Shown here piece by piece: positions 1-10,538 of a stretch of 64,000 nucleotides of DNA (position 1 is the first letter of the stretch; every line of letters starts with the position of its first letter). The stretch spans positions 96,001 to 160,000 of the forward strand of contig CAWDSQ010000016.1 in NCBI GenBank assembly GCA_963804955.1. Reading direction: 5' to 3'. The notes beneath the pieces were generated by a model. It saw only the letters and a list, made by a program, of their open reading frames with translations. It was not told where the DNA came from and searched no databases. The translations under genes were made by a program, and so were the position numbers. This DNA is from an uncultured delta proteobacterium (lineage in GTDB: Bacteria; Desulfobacterota; WTBG01; CAIYCZ01; CAIRTM01).

Positions 1-1353
1 AGGCTGGCTCCTACTGTCCAGCCGGCCGTGTGATCGGCGCCCATGGGGCACATGGCATAGGTCACGCCCATACCCTGCACGGCGCGGGGATCATAGCCGG
101 CAATCGACTGATTTTTAACAACCGGCACGCGCGCAATGCCGTACCGTGCGCCAACAGCCGCAGGGCCATGGCCGATCAGCTTGCCGATCTCCGAGCCTTT
201 GCCGATTTCCGCTACAAGCTCAAGAGCGCCGGCGGCATCGCCGAATTTTTTTATGCCAGCCTCCATTGCCACGGCAATGGCGCAGCCCGTGTTCATGGTG
301 TCCACTCCCAGATCATCACAAAGATAGTCAAACCGCGCAATGGCATCCAGATCGGGCACATCGCACATGCCCCCGAGCGCCCAGATGGTCTCGTATTCAA
401 GGCCCGAGGTTACATACTTTTTGTTTGCGTCGACAAAAACATTCGAGCACCGGATAATGCAGGTGCTGCAGCCCGCATGGGCTGTTTTGCCGCCGCGCGA
501 TCCGATAAGCTCGGCCATCTTCTCGCCGCTTATCTGCTCCCACTTTTCATAGACGCCTACCCGCGCATTGAGCGCCGGGAATCCTCCGACGGCATTCATA
601 ACAGCCACGATCATTGCCGTACCGAGGGCCGGCATGCCCTGGCCGGTAAACGGATGGGCAAGGATTGCGTCGGCAACCTTCTTCTGGCCTGTTTTGAACA
701 ACCCGGCATCAAGCACTGAGGGGGCGGCACCGTCGGTATCATCGACTATAATAGCCTTGAGCCCCTTTGAGCCCATGAGCGCGCCCAGGCCACCTCTACC
801 GGCTGCCCTGCACGGAAACCCGTCAGGATCGGTAACCTGAATCGAGGCCGATTGCAGCTGCATCTCACCTGCCGGCCCAATGCAGAACACAGCATGCCGG
901 GCGCCAAACCGGGAGGCGATTGCCTGTACCGCTGCATAGGTGCCCTGGCCTTTTAAATCATCGGCCGGAAGAATCTCTGCTGCTCCTTTTTTGATGCTGA
1001 GCACATGCAGGCCGCCCCCTGAGGGCATGCCTTCAATAATAATCACCGCAAGCCCGACGCGCGCTATTTTGAACGCGCCATTGCCACCGACATTGCTTTC
1101 CTTTATCCCGCCGGTGAGCGGACTTTTGCCGCCAAGAGACACCCTGCCCGAATTGGGGCAGGCTGTGCCGGAGAGCATGCCCGGAGCTATAACAAGCTTG
1201 TTCTCCGGACCCAGCGCATCGCACTTCGGTGGCACCTCAAGCCCCACCAGCGACGAAGTAAGGCCGCGTCCGCCAAGCCCCTGCAAGTTGTTCCGGAAGA
1301 GTTTCATAGGTGCAGCTCATATCTGTCATATTAACGCGAAGCACGGTATTCAT
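1..1353 (-). CDS. aor: Aldehyde:ferredoxin oxidoreductase (tungsten AOR family), runs off the left edge, frameshifted
   Basis: Manual minus-strand translation: MNTVLRVNMTD..GLGGRGL..GPENKLVIAPG..KSPLTGGIKESNVGG..RAAGRGGLGALMGSKGLKAI..GLEYETIWALG..LCDDLGVDTM; SD AAGGAG before ATG at 1353. Confidence 0.9.
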
Positions 1354-1437
1354 GGCATATCTCCTTCAAGTGTGGTCGGTCTAGTAAAATAAGTCTTTTT
1401 CAGCCGGCGGGAATCCTGCAGCTGCGCCCACAACAAA

Positions 1438-1466
1438 ACTATGATCGCCGGCTGGATATTTGTCAA
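1438..1466 (-). promoter_or_regulatory. sigma70-type promoter upstream of aor
   Basis: TTGACA-N17-CATAGT on the minus strand, about 85 nt upstream of the aor start. Confidence 0.5.
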
Positions 1467-1591
1467 GATGCTGCCGGGCTCTCCAGCGTGTGCCTGCCGA
1501 CCGACTCAGAAAGCGGGAAAATGAGAAAACAGGTCACCTGTTACGTACTGTACCATATCGATTATAGGCATAACAAGGGGGCATTTATTTT

Positions 1592-1939
1592 CTAGTGCTT
1601 CACCCCAAGAACATCGAAAACTTTTAAAATTTCCGGCAAATGCGCAAACGCAGGGCCGCCGCCCATGAGCACGCCGACGGATGCGGCTTCAAGAATTTCC
1701 TGGGCCCCTGCGCCTGCCTGCACGGCAGTCTGTGTATGAAGATATATACATGCTGAGCAATGCGTTGCAACGGCGATACCTACGGCAATAAGCTCTTTGT
1801 GTTTTTTATCAAGAGCGCCGGGCGCCGTTATTTTTTCATGCATCGCCATAAAGGTTTTGACAGTTTCGGGTATGTGTTTGGCGATTTTTTGATTTGTCTT
1901 CATGAAATCTTTAAAAAAACCCTGAACATCATTTTCCAT
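1592..1939 (-). CDS. Carboxymuconolactone decarboxylase / AhpD-like protein
   Basis: GALDKKHKELIAVGIAVATHCSACIYLH (CxxC), EILEA..VLMGGGP. Confidence 0.85.
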   Translation of the reverse strand: MENDVQGFFKDFMKTNQKIAKHIPETVKTFMAMHEKITAPGALDKKHKELIAVGIAVATHCSACIYLHTQTAVQAGAGAQEILEAASVGVLMGGGPAFAHLPEILKVFDVLGVKH

Positions 1940-1974
1940 TGCAAACCTCCTTCTCAATTATATTTTTCAATCTT

Positions 1975-2844
1975 TTATGAAAGATCCACAACGCTCCCCG
2001 CATTTGCAAAAAAGAACTTTTTTCCGAAAGCCTGCATGAGTTTCATGGCAGGCGCAAGGCCGGTACAGTGGGAAGCACCAAAGCGCTTTAGGTCAAACTG
2101 TTTCAGCTGCTCGATTGTTTTTTTAAGCTGCGCCCCGCTGAGAAAACCAATATGCGTACCGCCGATAACGGTATGAATGGGTTTGCCCGGCAGCTGTGCG
2201 GTGATGTGGTTCAGGGTATTAATGACGCCGGAGTGAGCGCAGCCGAGTATGACTGCAAGTCCGCCTGCTGATTCAATGACCAGCGACTGATCATCGAGAA
2301 TAATATCCTGCGCAGAGCGCCCATCTTGTTGAATCACCAGGCGGCGATCATTTTTTTCAAAAACGGTTATACGCGGCACTTCACCGGTCAAATATATTCC
2401 CGTATCAATTTCCGTAAAGGACGTATTAAAAACAAACCGGGCTCCCAAAGCTTCAAGCCCGGCCTGCTCAACAGCTATGCCGACATTTCGGTATGCCGTT
2501 TCAGTATCTTTTTTAATAGCCGCAAACCTCTCGGTAAAAATGGCGGGATGGGCGTAAACATTAACCGGTCCGGTTAACTGCAGCACATGCTTCAGTCCGC
2601 CCGTATGGTCATAGTGCCCATGGCTTAAAGCTACCCTGCCGGTCCGGCTGAGATCCTTTTTCAAGCAGGCAGCGTTATGAACGATGGTGTGGCCCTGGCC
2701 GGTGTCAAACAGAATGCTTTCGCTTCCCCGCTCGATCAGCACGGCAAAACCGTGTTCGCCCAGTACGCCCAAAGCCGGCCCGGCGGTGTTTTCACATAAA
2801 ACAATTACTCGTTCCATGATCTCTTCGCTTTGTTCGCTTGCCAA
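1975..2844 (-). CDS. MBL-fold metallo-hydrolase (COG1237-like)
   Basis: EHGFAVL, LFDTG, LSHGHYDHTGG, GCAHSG, GGTH, SHCTG motifs. Confidence 0.85.
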   Translation of the reverse strand: MASEQSEEIMERVIVLCENTAGPALGVLGEHGFAVLIERGSESILFDTGQGHTIVHNAACLKKDLSRTGRVALSHGHYDHTGGLKHVLQLTGPVNVYAHPAIFTERFAAIKKDTETAYRNVGIAVEQAGLEALGARFVFNTSFTEIDTGIYLTGEVPRITVFEKNDRRLVIQQDGRSAQDIILDDQSLVIESAGGLAVILGCAHSGVINTLNHITAQLPGKPIHTVIGGTHIGFLSGAQLKKTIEQLKQFDLKRFGASHCTGLAPAMKLMQAFGKKFFFANAGSVVDLS

Positions 2845-2853
2845 TAAGGCCTT

Positions 2854-3612
2854 TTATTGTGCCCGTGCAGTCACGATAATAACCGGCTCGGGGCAGGCAA
2901 AACCCTCAGCAGTGATATAATCGCTCAGTTCTGACTCCATATCCATGCAGACTTGCTCAAACATTTCCCCCGTAAGCCCCGCAACAGCTTTGCTCCAGTC
3001 CTTCATCAATTCAACAGACTGTCTGAGGGATGCATAGCGGGACGGTGTGGATTCTTTTTTCAGGCTGCTGATCTCGAACCCTGCTTGCTCAACGAGTGTG
3101 CGGAGCCAATCCGGATTACCCCAGCCCCAGATGGCAAAATCTTTTTCATCAGGCTCAATGTGTCTGCTCAGAGCCTTCCTCAAGGCCAGGTCATACGGCC
3201 CGGGGGCAAACACGCTTAAACCAAGTCTGCCCCCGGGGGCTACTACACGCCTCATTTCATGCACGGCCGCAGATTTGTCTGCCATGAACATCAACGCGAA
3301 CTGACAAAGAACCACCTCGAATTGTGCGTTTTCAAAAGGCATTCCAGCTGCATTAGCCTCCACCCAGTCAACGGTTATTCCCGGAGGCATAGACACCAAA
3401 CGCGCTACCTCAAGCATTTCAGGGCTCATATCAAGGCCGACAATGCTGCCGCCCGCCCCGACGATTTCGGCAGCGCGTCGGGAAACGGCGCCGGTGCCGC
3501 AGCCAATATCCAGGACGCGATCCCCGGGCTCGACGAGCTGCACCATTTTTTTTGCCCAATGATCCATAATTATGGGAACAAGATACTTTTCGTAATTTTC
3601 CGCCAGGCCCAT
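2854..3612 (-). CDS. Class I SAM-dependent methyltransferase (UbiE-like)
   Basis: VLDIGCGTG motif I; GLDMSPEML; EMRRVVAPGG. Confidence 0.85.
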   Translation of the reverse strand: MGLAENYEKYLVPIIMDHWAKKMVQLVEPGDRVLDIGCGTGAVSRRAAEIVGAGGSIVGLDMSPEMLEVARLVSMPPGITVDWVEANAAGMPFENAQFEVVLCQFALMFMADKSAAVHEMRRVVAPGGRLGLSVFAPGPYDLALRKALSRHIEPDEKDFAIWGWGNPDWLRTLVEQAGFEISSLKKESTPSRYASLRQSVELMKDWSKAVAGLTGEMFEQVCMDMESELSDYITAEGFACPEPVIIVTARAQ

Positions 3613-3813
3613 AACTGCTTTTCCCCTATGTGTGTGTTAAGTTGCTGTGCCCGGGAGGGCATGCAGGTTTCAGCCTATCAACAGCTTGCCGTCAAGCTAT
3701 TATTCCATGCCAGGCATGTTCATCATGTACGTTCGGCCGGAGCTTTCTCTGCCAAAAACTCTTCTACTGCGTGCGTCGGCACGGCAAGAGGGTGCAACTG
3801 CCTGGCATGCTAT

Positions 3814-4974
3814 TCACAGGCTTGATACCTCCCGCAGTTTTTTAACAATGCCGGCAAGGGCTTCTCCCGCCGCATCGATCTCTGCCTGCGTGGTGGTTCT
3901 GCCGAAAGAAAAACGCACCGCGCCCTGGGCCTGCACGCTTGAAAGGCCCAGGGCCCGAAGCACATGAGAGGGCTCGGGCTCGCCCGTGGTGCAGGCCGAG
4001 CCTGCCGAAGCGCAGATCCCGAGCAGATCAAGATGCAGCAGTACCGATTCGCTTTCAATGCCGGCAAAGCAGATGCTCGACGTATTTGGCGCCCGCGGCG
4101 CGCCGCGGCTGTTAATGGATACACTGGGTATGCTCTGTAGCAGCGTTTGCTCAAAACGGTCGCGAAGCGCAGCGATGCGGTCAGCCTCGCTGCCAAGCTT
4201 TGCCACAGCCTGCTCTGCCGCTGCGGCAAAACCGGCAATTGCGGCGGTATTTTCCGTGCCGGGCCGCAGCCCTTGCTCATGATGCCCGCCCGTCATAATC
4301 GGCGCAAGGTGCGTGCCCCGCCGGACCAGCAAGGCTCCGGCGCCCCGGGGGCCATATGCTTTGTGCGCTGTCACCGTCACCATATCGGCATAATCAAAAA
4401 CTGCGCCCAGCGTTATTTTTCCGAAGGCCTGCACGGCATCAATATGAAAAAGTATCCTTCGCTGCCGGGCTATGCTCCCGATTTCCTCCACGGGCTGCAG
4501 CGCGCCCGTCTCATTGTTGGCGTGCATAACGCTTATAAGAATTGTATCGGGCCGGATGGCCTCTGCCACCGACTGCGGATCGACCACGCCCTGGCTGTCA
4601 ACGGGCAAAAAGGTTATGTCAAAGCCATCGCGGCCAAGCGCTTCGGCAGTCTTCAAAACGCTGTGATGCTCAATGGCCGAAGTGATGATATGGCGGCCCC
4701 GCTCCTTCAGAGCGGCGGCTGCGCCGCGCAGGGCCAGATTATTGGCCTCGGTTCCGCCGGCTGTGAAAACGACTTCAGCCGGGCTGCAGTCGAAAATATC
4801 TGCAATGGTACGGCGCGCCGTTTCCACGGCGCTGCGGGCCTGCCTTCCGAGCCGGTGGTAGGAAGACGGATTGCCATACGAGCCGTCAAGAAACGGCAGC
4901 ATGGCCTCGCGCGCCTCCGGGCACAGAGGGGTCGTTGCATTATGATCAAAATAGATAAGCGGCTGCTGGCTCAT
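3814..4974 (-). CDS. nifS: Cysteine desulfurase (NifS/IscS)
   Basis: YFDHNATTP, FTAGGTEANN, HIDAVQ, TAHKAYGP (PLP Lys), SAGSACT catalytic Cys. Confidence 0.92.
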   Translation of the reverse strand: MSQQPLIYFDHNATTPLCPEAREAMLPFLDGSYGNPSSYHRLGRQARSAVETARRTIADIFDCSPAEVVFTAGGTEANNLALRGAAAALKERGRHIITSAIEHHSVLKTAEALGRDGFDITFLPVDSQGVVDPQSVAEAIRPDTILISVMHANNETGALQPVEEIGSIARQRRILFHIDAVQAFGKITLGAVFDYADMVTVTAHKAYGPRGAGALLVRRGTHLAPIMTGGHHEQGLRPGTENTAAIAGFAAAAEQAVAKLGSEADRIAALRDRFEQTLLQSIPSVSINSRGAPRAPNTSSICFAGIESESVLLHLDLLGICASAGSACTTGEPEPSHVLRALGLSSVQAQGAVRFSFGRTTTQAEIDAAGEALAGIVKKLREVSSL

Positions 4975-5441
4975 AGCTTCTGCGAGGCCCGGTGTTCATA
5001 GTCTTTGATCGCTGCCAGCAGCGCGCCGACGCCCATGAGCGAGCAATGCTCTTTATTTACGGGAATGCCGCCCAGTGCACGGATGATATCGTCATCGGTC
5101 AGCTGTTTTGCATCCTCAAGGTGCATACCCATGGCAAGGGTTGTCGCCATGCTGCTGGTGGCGATAGCGCCGGGGCAGCCAAAGGATTTGAACTTGATAT
5201 CGATAATATGGCCTGCTACCACCTTGATCCAGAGCTTCATCTGGTCGCCACAGGAGGGGTCCCCGACCAGAGCAAAGCCGTCGGCGTCGTCTATCTCGCC
5301 CACATTGCGCGGATTGGTGAAATGATCAATGACGGTTTCATTGTAAAACAGAACAGGCTCTTCCGGGTTTTTTTCAACAGGCTCAGCTGTTTTTTTGTAG
5401 AGTTCCTTCCAGGCGTCATCATCCGGGATACCGGGCTTCAT
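4971..5441 (-). CDS. iscU: Fe-S scaffold protein (IscU/NifU N-terminal domain)
   Basis: VIDHFTNPRNVG, GDPSCGD, FKSFGCPGAIA, KEHCS; overlaps nifS start. Confidence 0.9.
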   Translation of the reverse strand: MKPGIPDDDAWKELYKKTAEPVEKNPEEPVLFYNETVIDHFTNPRNVGEIDDADGFALVGDPSCGDQMKLWIKVVAGHIIDIKFKSFGCPGAIATSSMATTLAMGMHLEDAKQLTDDDIIRALGGIPVNKEHCSLMGVGALLAAIKDYEHRASQKL

Positions 5442-6388
5442 AGTCTTTCCTTTCCTGTATCAACTAAAAAAACGGGACGGGCCTGCGGGCGCGTCCCACT
5501 CTGCTTCGATAAACATCCGGCGGCAGTCTGTACGCTGGCGCCTCGGCTCTTTTCCGTCTGCTCCCGGTCGTCGCGGGGATTTGAGCCAGACTCGGCCCAG
5601 AACAGGTTGGCCCCGGCAAGGGCGCCCGCGACATTGGGCTCATGCGTGCAATTGCCCGGAACGCCAAAGCCCATGGCCAGCCGCACCGCGGCAAGAATAT
5701 GCGCCATTCTTGCCTCGGAAACAATGCCGTACGCAGCAAGCTTTGTCCCGGCAATGGGAATGCGGCGGGCTGCGCCGCAGTAGACAGGAGCGGCGTCACG
5801 GGCGATCAGGGTCTTTTCAACCAGTTCGGCAACCGTGTGCTCGGGCCCGACAGGCTCCAGGCAAGTGCCGAGCAGAAGACCTTCCTCCCGCGCCGGCTGA
5901 AAGGTTTGCAGCCGACGCTCAGGGGCAATGACGCGTGTCGCGGCCTGTGAGCACATGATCTCAAACTGCGGCGAAAGAGCTGCAATTAGCTCCAGCACTG
6001 CCCGGCGAAGTTCGCCATCTGACGCAGCGGTGCGGTTAAAGTCGAGCACAAGATAGACGGCATTAGCGCCGTCTTTTTCAAAGCCGGTACAGCGGGCTAT
6101 GACATCCTCAAGCGCGGTTTCCGTTTGCTGCGAAAATACGCCGTTCACACGCGCAAACGAGCAGAACAGACAGTCATTAAAGCAGGGTGCTATGTTAAGC
6201 CCGACCTGCGCATGCACTTCGGCCCTGCCCTGCGAAACCTGGTCGCTTATTGACCTCCCGGCCCACTGAATATAAAAGCTTTCTTCTTTTTTGAGAGGAA
6301 CCGACAGCAGCATGCCGATCTCATCTCCGGTCAGAAGCCTGCCGTCCAGTGCTTTTGCCACAATGTCTGAAATATGTCCGTATTTCAT
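5438..6388 (-). CDS. Radical SAM protein, biotin-synthase-like fold; central segment looks garbled or shortened
   Basis: CFNDCLFC CxxxCxxC; GTCLEPVGPEH, CTHEP, GANLFWAE..NPRD. Confidence 0.75.
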   Translation of the reverse strand: MKYGHISDIVAKALDGRLLTGDEIGMLLSVPLKKEESFYIQWAGRSISDQVSQGRAEVHAQVGLNIAPCFNDCLFCSFARVNGVFSQQTETALEDVIARCTGFEKDGANAVYLVLDFNRTAASDGELRRAVLELIAALSPQFEIMCSQAATRVIAPERRLQTFQPAREEGLLLGTCLEPVGPEHTVAELVEKTLIARDAAPVYCGAARRIPIAGTKLAAYGIVSEARMAHILAAVRLAMGFGVPGNCTHEPNVAGALAGANLFWAESGSNPRDDREQTEKSRGASVQTAAGCLSKQSGTRPQARPVFLVDTGKERL

Positions 6389-6466
6389 TCTTGTCCAGTT
6401 CCCGCTGGTATGTTTACAGAACGGCGCTTCAGGAGCGCCGCTTGTTCATGCCAGCCGAGTTGCTGT

Positions 6467-6694
6467 TTATCTGCCGCAGCAGGAAGGGCCGCCGCCGCAT
6501 TTTTCATCCCTGCCGCAGCAGGTTTTGCCTGCAGGCCGCGCAGGCATTTTGGGCAGAGCGGCGGCGGACATTTTTTTCTCAAGCTTCGTGCCGCCACAGT
6601 TTTTACACACCACTTCATTACCAGAGGAACTTCCCACGGTTATGGATTCCGTTGTTTCTCCGCAGGAAATGCAATGGTATTCATAAATCGGCAT
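6467..6694 (-). CDS. FmdB-family zinc-ribbon protein
   Basis: MPIYEYHCISCG...CKNCGG with a Cys-rich tail. Confidence 0.85.
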   Translation of the reverse strand: MPIYEYHCISCGETTESITVGSSSGNEVVCKNCGGTKLEKKMSAAALPKMPARPAGKTCCGRDEKCGGGPSCCGR

Positions 6695-6776
6695 ACGCTG
6701 TCCTTTCTACTTTATTATGGCTCAATGCAAACCATTCATCACCTGTTTGCCAGGCCCGACCCTGATGATTCTTTTT

Positions 6777-7616
6777 TTAGGGCAGATACACGACCGTCTC
6801 GCATGTTTCCCCGAAGTCTTTCACCCGCTGAGCAAGCCCTGCCGCCATCGAAGTGAAATCAGCCTGCAGAGCCTGCTCGGGGCAGGCTCGCAGGCAATTA
6901 TAGCAGGCAATGCAGCAGTCTTTAAACACCGGGCCGTCGGCAAGCTCGACAGCCTCAGCCGGGCAGGCCATGACGCAGTCGCCGCATAAGGTGCACAGAT
7001 CGCGCTTAACACTGATCTGCGGCAAATTCTTCCGCACGGCGCTTAGCACCAGGCCGGCCATGACTTTCTGTAAAGCCTCGGGCTGATAGTTTAATGCGGC
7101 AGCCGGGAGGGGCTGTGCCGTACCGGCGTCAACAGCGGCAACAACCTTTTTCACCATATCCCGTATTCTGCGATCATCATCGGCATCGGGCCTGCCTTTT
7201 CCCAAAGGCTTGTCGGACTGCCACAGCAGAGAATGCTCGGCAACTATTTTTGCCGCTGCTATCGCAGCATAGCCTTTTGCCGCAAGCGCTCCGGCCATAT
7301 CCGCAAGCGCCATGCCGCTGGTAACCGCGCCCCAGGTTGCAAAGGGTACGCTGCAGCAGCCGGTACCGGCGGGCAGGCTTGTGATAAAATCCATGACCGC
7401 TGGAACAGGATGGCTGGCATAGACCGGCGAGCCGATAAACAGGCATGAATCACGGGCTCCCGCGGCCAGAACTGTCTTGAGTGTAGCCCTGCACGCGCTG
7501 CCCCCCAGATCAAGGGCGCTGCACTGCTGGCCGAGGGCGGTAAGCTCCTCGCCTATCACCTGCGCAGCATGCCGCGTAGTTCCTGCCGGAGAGATATACA
7601 CAACAAAAAATTTCAT
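6777..7616 (-). CDS. Flavodoxin-fold + 2x[4Fe-4S] ferredoxin fusion (EFR1-like)
   Basis: YISPAGTT flavodoxin loop, IGSPVYA; CTLCGDCVMACP and CIACYNCLRACP; start reset to ATG 7616 after SD. Confidence 0.85.
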   Translation of the reverse strand: MKFFVVYISPAGTTRHAAQVIGEELTALGQQCSALDLGGSACRATLKTVLAAGARDSCLFIGSPVYASHPVPAVMDFITSLPAGTGCCSVPFATWGAVTSGMALADMAGALAAKGYAAIAAAKIVAEHSLLWQSDKPLGKGRPDADDDRRIRDMVKKVVAAVDAGTAQPLPAAALNYQPEALQKVMAGLVLSAVRKNLPQISVKRDLCTLCGDCVMACPAEAVELADGPVFKDCCIACYNCLRACPEQALQADFTSMAAGLAQRVKDFGETCETVVYLP

Positions 7617-7627
7617 GGGGGCCTCCT

Positions 7628-8398
7628 TTAATTGCTGAGAATAAGATTTATCTTTTTCGACCATTTCATAAAAAACCGGGTGCCCCCGGCCTCGCTGACC
7701 ACGCGAAGAATCGCCGCCGTATCGGCACCGATGACGCCGGAGAGGTGCGTTACCCCGTAGTCTTTGAAAACGCCAGGCGCCATCGGGGTGGACGGCCCCA
7801 GCACAGCCTTGATACGGCAATTGACTGCTGCGGCCGCGATATGCTCGAAGCTGTTATTAATAATAGAGGTTGCCGTTATTATGACGACCGAGCATGACGG
7901 CAGGAGCCCGGCTTCCCTGCTTCCCGGGCAGAGGCCGGCGGCGCGGGCCATGTTCTCCTCGAAGATAACCAACTCCCCTGCTCGCTGCTTAATGACAGGC
8001 ACCAGGGGCCCGAAAAACCCCACCATGCCGACCTTATCGTCTTTTGTCAGCGCAAGCACATCCAAAAGATCGCCTTCGGTGCGGCTGCATCCCGGCAGGC
8101 TGTCAGTTGCATCAGGGGTATTGAACAGGGCATTTGCCGCTGCCAGGCCGAGCGTGCGCTCCAGTAGCTCCCCTGAGGATAGGTACTGCAGTACATCCCG
8201 CACCGGCGATCCCGCAAGGGGTCTTTTACCCTGAAAAACCGAACAGCCCGAGTCAGCCTTATCGCGAAAAGTGTAGGCAAGGCCAACTGAACCCGTGTCA
8301 AGCTGCACAGCCGTATATCCCAACCCGATCCTGACATCGGTTACTTTTATATCCTCAGCCCTTTCAAGAGCTGCTTTTTTTAAAGCTTCAGGAAGCAT
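7628..8398 (-). CDS. DUF364/DUF4213 Rossmann-like protein
   Basis: DVRIGLGYTAV..GLAAANA..VGMVGFFGP..IITATSIINNS..LGPSTP. Confidence 0.75.
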   Translation of the reverse strand: MLPEALKKAALERAEDIKVTDVRIGLGYTAVQLDTGSVGLAYTFRDKADSGCSVFQGKRPLAGSPVRDVLQYLSSGELLERTLGLAAANALFNTPDATDSLPGCSRTEGDLLDVLALTKDDKVGMVGFFGPLVPVIKQRAGELVIFEENMARAAGLCPGSREAGLLPSCSVVIITATSIINNSFEHIAAAAVNCRIKAVLGPSTPMAPGVFKDYGVTHLSGVIGADTAAILRVVSEAGGTRFFMKWSKKINLILSN

Positions 8399-8413
8399 GG
8401 CTTTGTTCTCCTC

Positions 8414-8908
8414 TCATTTTTTTTCCTCATTATTAACAAAACGGTCATCTGCAACCGTTTGCTGTTTATTGCCCGCATGCTCATACCAGCCTGTTTTGAC
8501 CTGCTGCCGCTCATCAAAATCCGGGACATAGGGCTTGATGTCTAAAAGGGGCGCGCCGTCGACGATATCAACGCCGCCTATGGTCAGAGTGCAGCCGTCA
8601 ATACCCAGAAGCTTCACCACTGACAAGCCTATGGGGTTTGGCCGCCGGGGCGCCCGTGTTGCAAAAATACCGCGGTCATGCACATCAAGAAAAGGCCGGC
8701 ACATGAGAGAATAGCCCTGCACCCGATGAAAACGGTACAACAGAATTATATGGGAAAAGCCGTCAAGATCGGTGAGCCCCTCGGCAAATTCCGGGAACAC
8801 CTCAACCGTGCCGACAGCGCCGTTTGCGAAAACACCCTGAATGGGAACCCCGGCGGGTTCAGCATAGGGTGAGTGGATAATACCAATGGGAGAAAATTCA
8901 ATCTTCAT
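8414..8908 (-). CDS. tsaA: TsaA/TrmO-family tRNA m6t6A37 methyltransferase-like protein
   Basis: PIGIIHSPY, GIFATRAPRRPNPIGLSVV, DGAPLLDIKPY. Confidence 0.88.
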   Translation of the reverse strand: MKIEFSPIGIIHSPYAEPAGVPIQGVFANGAVGTVEVFPEFAEGLTDLDGFSHIILLYRFHRVQGYSLMCRPFLDVHDRGIFATRAPRRPNPIGLSVVKLLGIDGCTLTIGGVDIVDGAPLLDIKPYVPDFDERQQVKTGWYEHAGNKQQTVADDRFVNNEEKK

Positions 8909-8926
8909 GGTAGCGCCTGAGCAATC

Positions 8927-9472
8927 CTATAAAATGAATACCGCAGCAGCAAGCACGGTCGTATAGCCTCTCGTTGACACAATGGCTGACTGGGTTATTT
9001 CCGTTGTTTTGTAAATTTTATTGCTGATCCGGTACACCTCTTTTTTTTCATCCCAGCTTGTATTCTCATCAAATTCAATGCCGAGCGTGGAAGCGAGCAT
9101 GGCTGCTGCCATATCCTCGGCATGATCGCCTGCCTGCTTTTCCGTCATGCCGAAGGCATGAAATTCAGACAGATAGCCATACCCCTTTTTGTCCGCCGGC
9201 ACGGCGAAGCCCACCGATGCAACAATCAGCCGCCGCGGCTCATTGCTTGCGCACCGGCTGATAACAGTGAAGGTGATTTCGCCGTCGCTGAGCTTTTTAA
9301 GCCCCTGGACCCGGGGTATTATTTTGCAGCCCGGCGGCAGAATGCTGGAAACCGGCACCAGGTTCTGCTTCTCGATGCCTGCATCCCGCAGTGCAAGCTC
9401 AAAGGAGCGCAGCTCATCCTTGTGCGTGCCAGCTCCTTTTGTAAAAAAAACCTGCCGTGGTGTAATGTTCAT
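8927..9472 (-). CDS. pdaD: Pyruvoyl-dependent arginine decarboxylase
   Basis: SFELALRDAGIEKQNLVPVSSILPP (S-S self-cleavage site), YGYLSE. Confidence 0.88.
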   Translation of the reverse strand: MNITPRQVFFTKGAGTHKDELRSFELALRDAGIEKQNLVPVSSILPPGCKIIPRVQGLKKLSDGEITFTVISRCASNEPRRLIVASVGFAVPADKKGYGYLSEFHAFGMTEKQAGDHAEDMAAAMLASTLGIEFDENTSWDEKKEVYRISNKIYKTTEITQSAIVSTRGYTTVLAAAVFIL

Positions 9473-9490
9473 CCTGTTCGCCTGCGCGTG

Positions 9491-10447
9491 TTAATGATCT
9501 TTCTGCAGCTTGAATCTGCAGTCCTGGCTTGCGCTGTAAAAGGTGCGGTTGTGCCGTGGCGCTGCACTGATGCGGCCTGACGCGAGAAGATGGTCAATCT
9601 GCTTGACCGCGAGGTTCCAGTTGATGCCGAGACCCCCAACGATATCGCTCAGCGTACAGGGCCTCCGCCGCAGCAGAACAAGAATATCTTCCTGCGTGCC
9701 GGATAAAAGATGCTGCTTCCCCGCAGGGGAAAACCCGGCAATCACTTCTGCGTTCTTTCCGAGCAGAGCCGCCAGTTTTTTCAACTGCGCCGGCGGAACC
9801 ATATAGGCAAAATCCTCCGACGGCGGCCTGACAACGGTATTGACCTGCACTTTATCTGGCCGTATGTCGCTGATTATTTTCGCTATCTTCTTTACTTCCG
9901 TCATAATGCCCGTCGAGCCTCCGACCAGAAGCACTTCAAGCCATACTTTGTTTTTAAAAACCGTGCGGAACTCAACCAGCCCCTTCACCATCAGCTCAAA
10001 AGAAATAGCGGAATGGGGCCTGTTCACATGCTGAAACAGCCCTGCATCACCGGCATCAAGCGACGGGATAACAAGATCGGCGTTTTTCAGCTCTGTCTGA
10101 ACCGCCGTATCCCATAACAAAGAGCCATTGGTTATAACCGCTATGGGCGTACGGCTCTTTTCTTTTATAGCGGCTATGAGTTCGCCAAGGCGAGAATAGA
10201 GCGTTGGTTCGCCAGAGCCGGCTATGGTAATATAGTCGGCAGCATCCAGCAGATCCCGCTTGCGAGCCAGTTCATCAACAATTTGACTGAACGGCGCATA
10301 CTCTTTTCGTTCCAGCGTTTTGACCGTCGTGCGGCCCAGATGACAGTAGATACAGTCATACGTGCATGTTTTGTAGGGAACCACATCTATGCCCAGCGAT
10401 CTGCCCAGCCGGCGTGAGGGCACCGGTCCATAAAGAAAATTTTTCAT
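9491..10447 (-). CDS. Radical SAM protein (COG0731-like) with C-terminal winged helix
   Basis: YGPVPSRRLGRSLG, CTYDCIYC, SGEPTL, ITNGSLL, PSLDAG. Confidence 0.85.
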   Translation of the reverse strand: MKNFLYGPVPSRRLGRSLGIDVVPYKTCTYDCIYCHLGRTTVKTLERKEYAPFSQIVDELARKRDLLDAADYITIAGSGEPTLYSRLGELIAAIKEKSRTPIAVITNGSLLWDTAVQTELKNADLVIPSLDAGDAGLFQHVNRPHSAISFELMVKGLVEFRTVFKNKVWLEVLLVGGSTGIMTEVKKIAKIISDIRPDKVQVNTVVRPPSEDFAYMVPPAQLKKLAALLGKNAEVIAGFSPAGKQHLLSGTQEDILVLLRRRPCTLSDIVGGLGINWNLAVKQIDHLLASGRISAAPRHNRTFYSASQDCRFKLQKDH

Positions 10448-10538
10448 GTCCGCCGCTCCCACAGGCTGCACCCTGTAATGCCCCACACCAAAAAATCAGC
10501 AGGGCCTGCGGCACCACCTGTTCTGCAACCAAGGAGCT

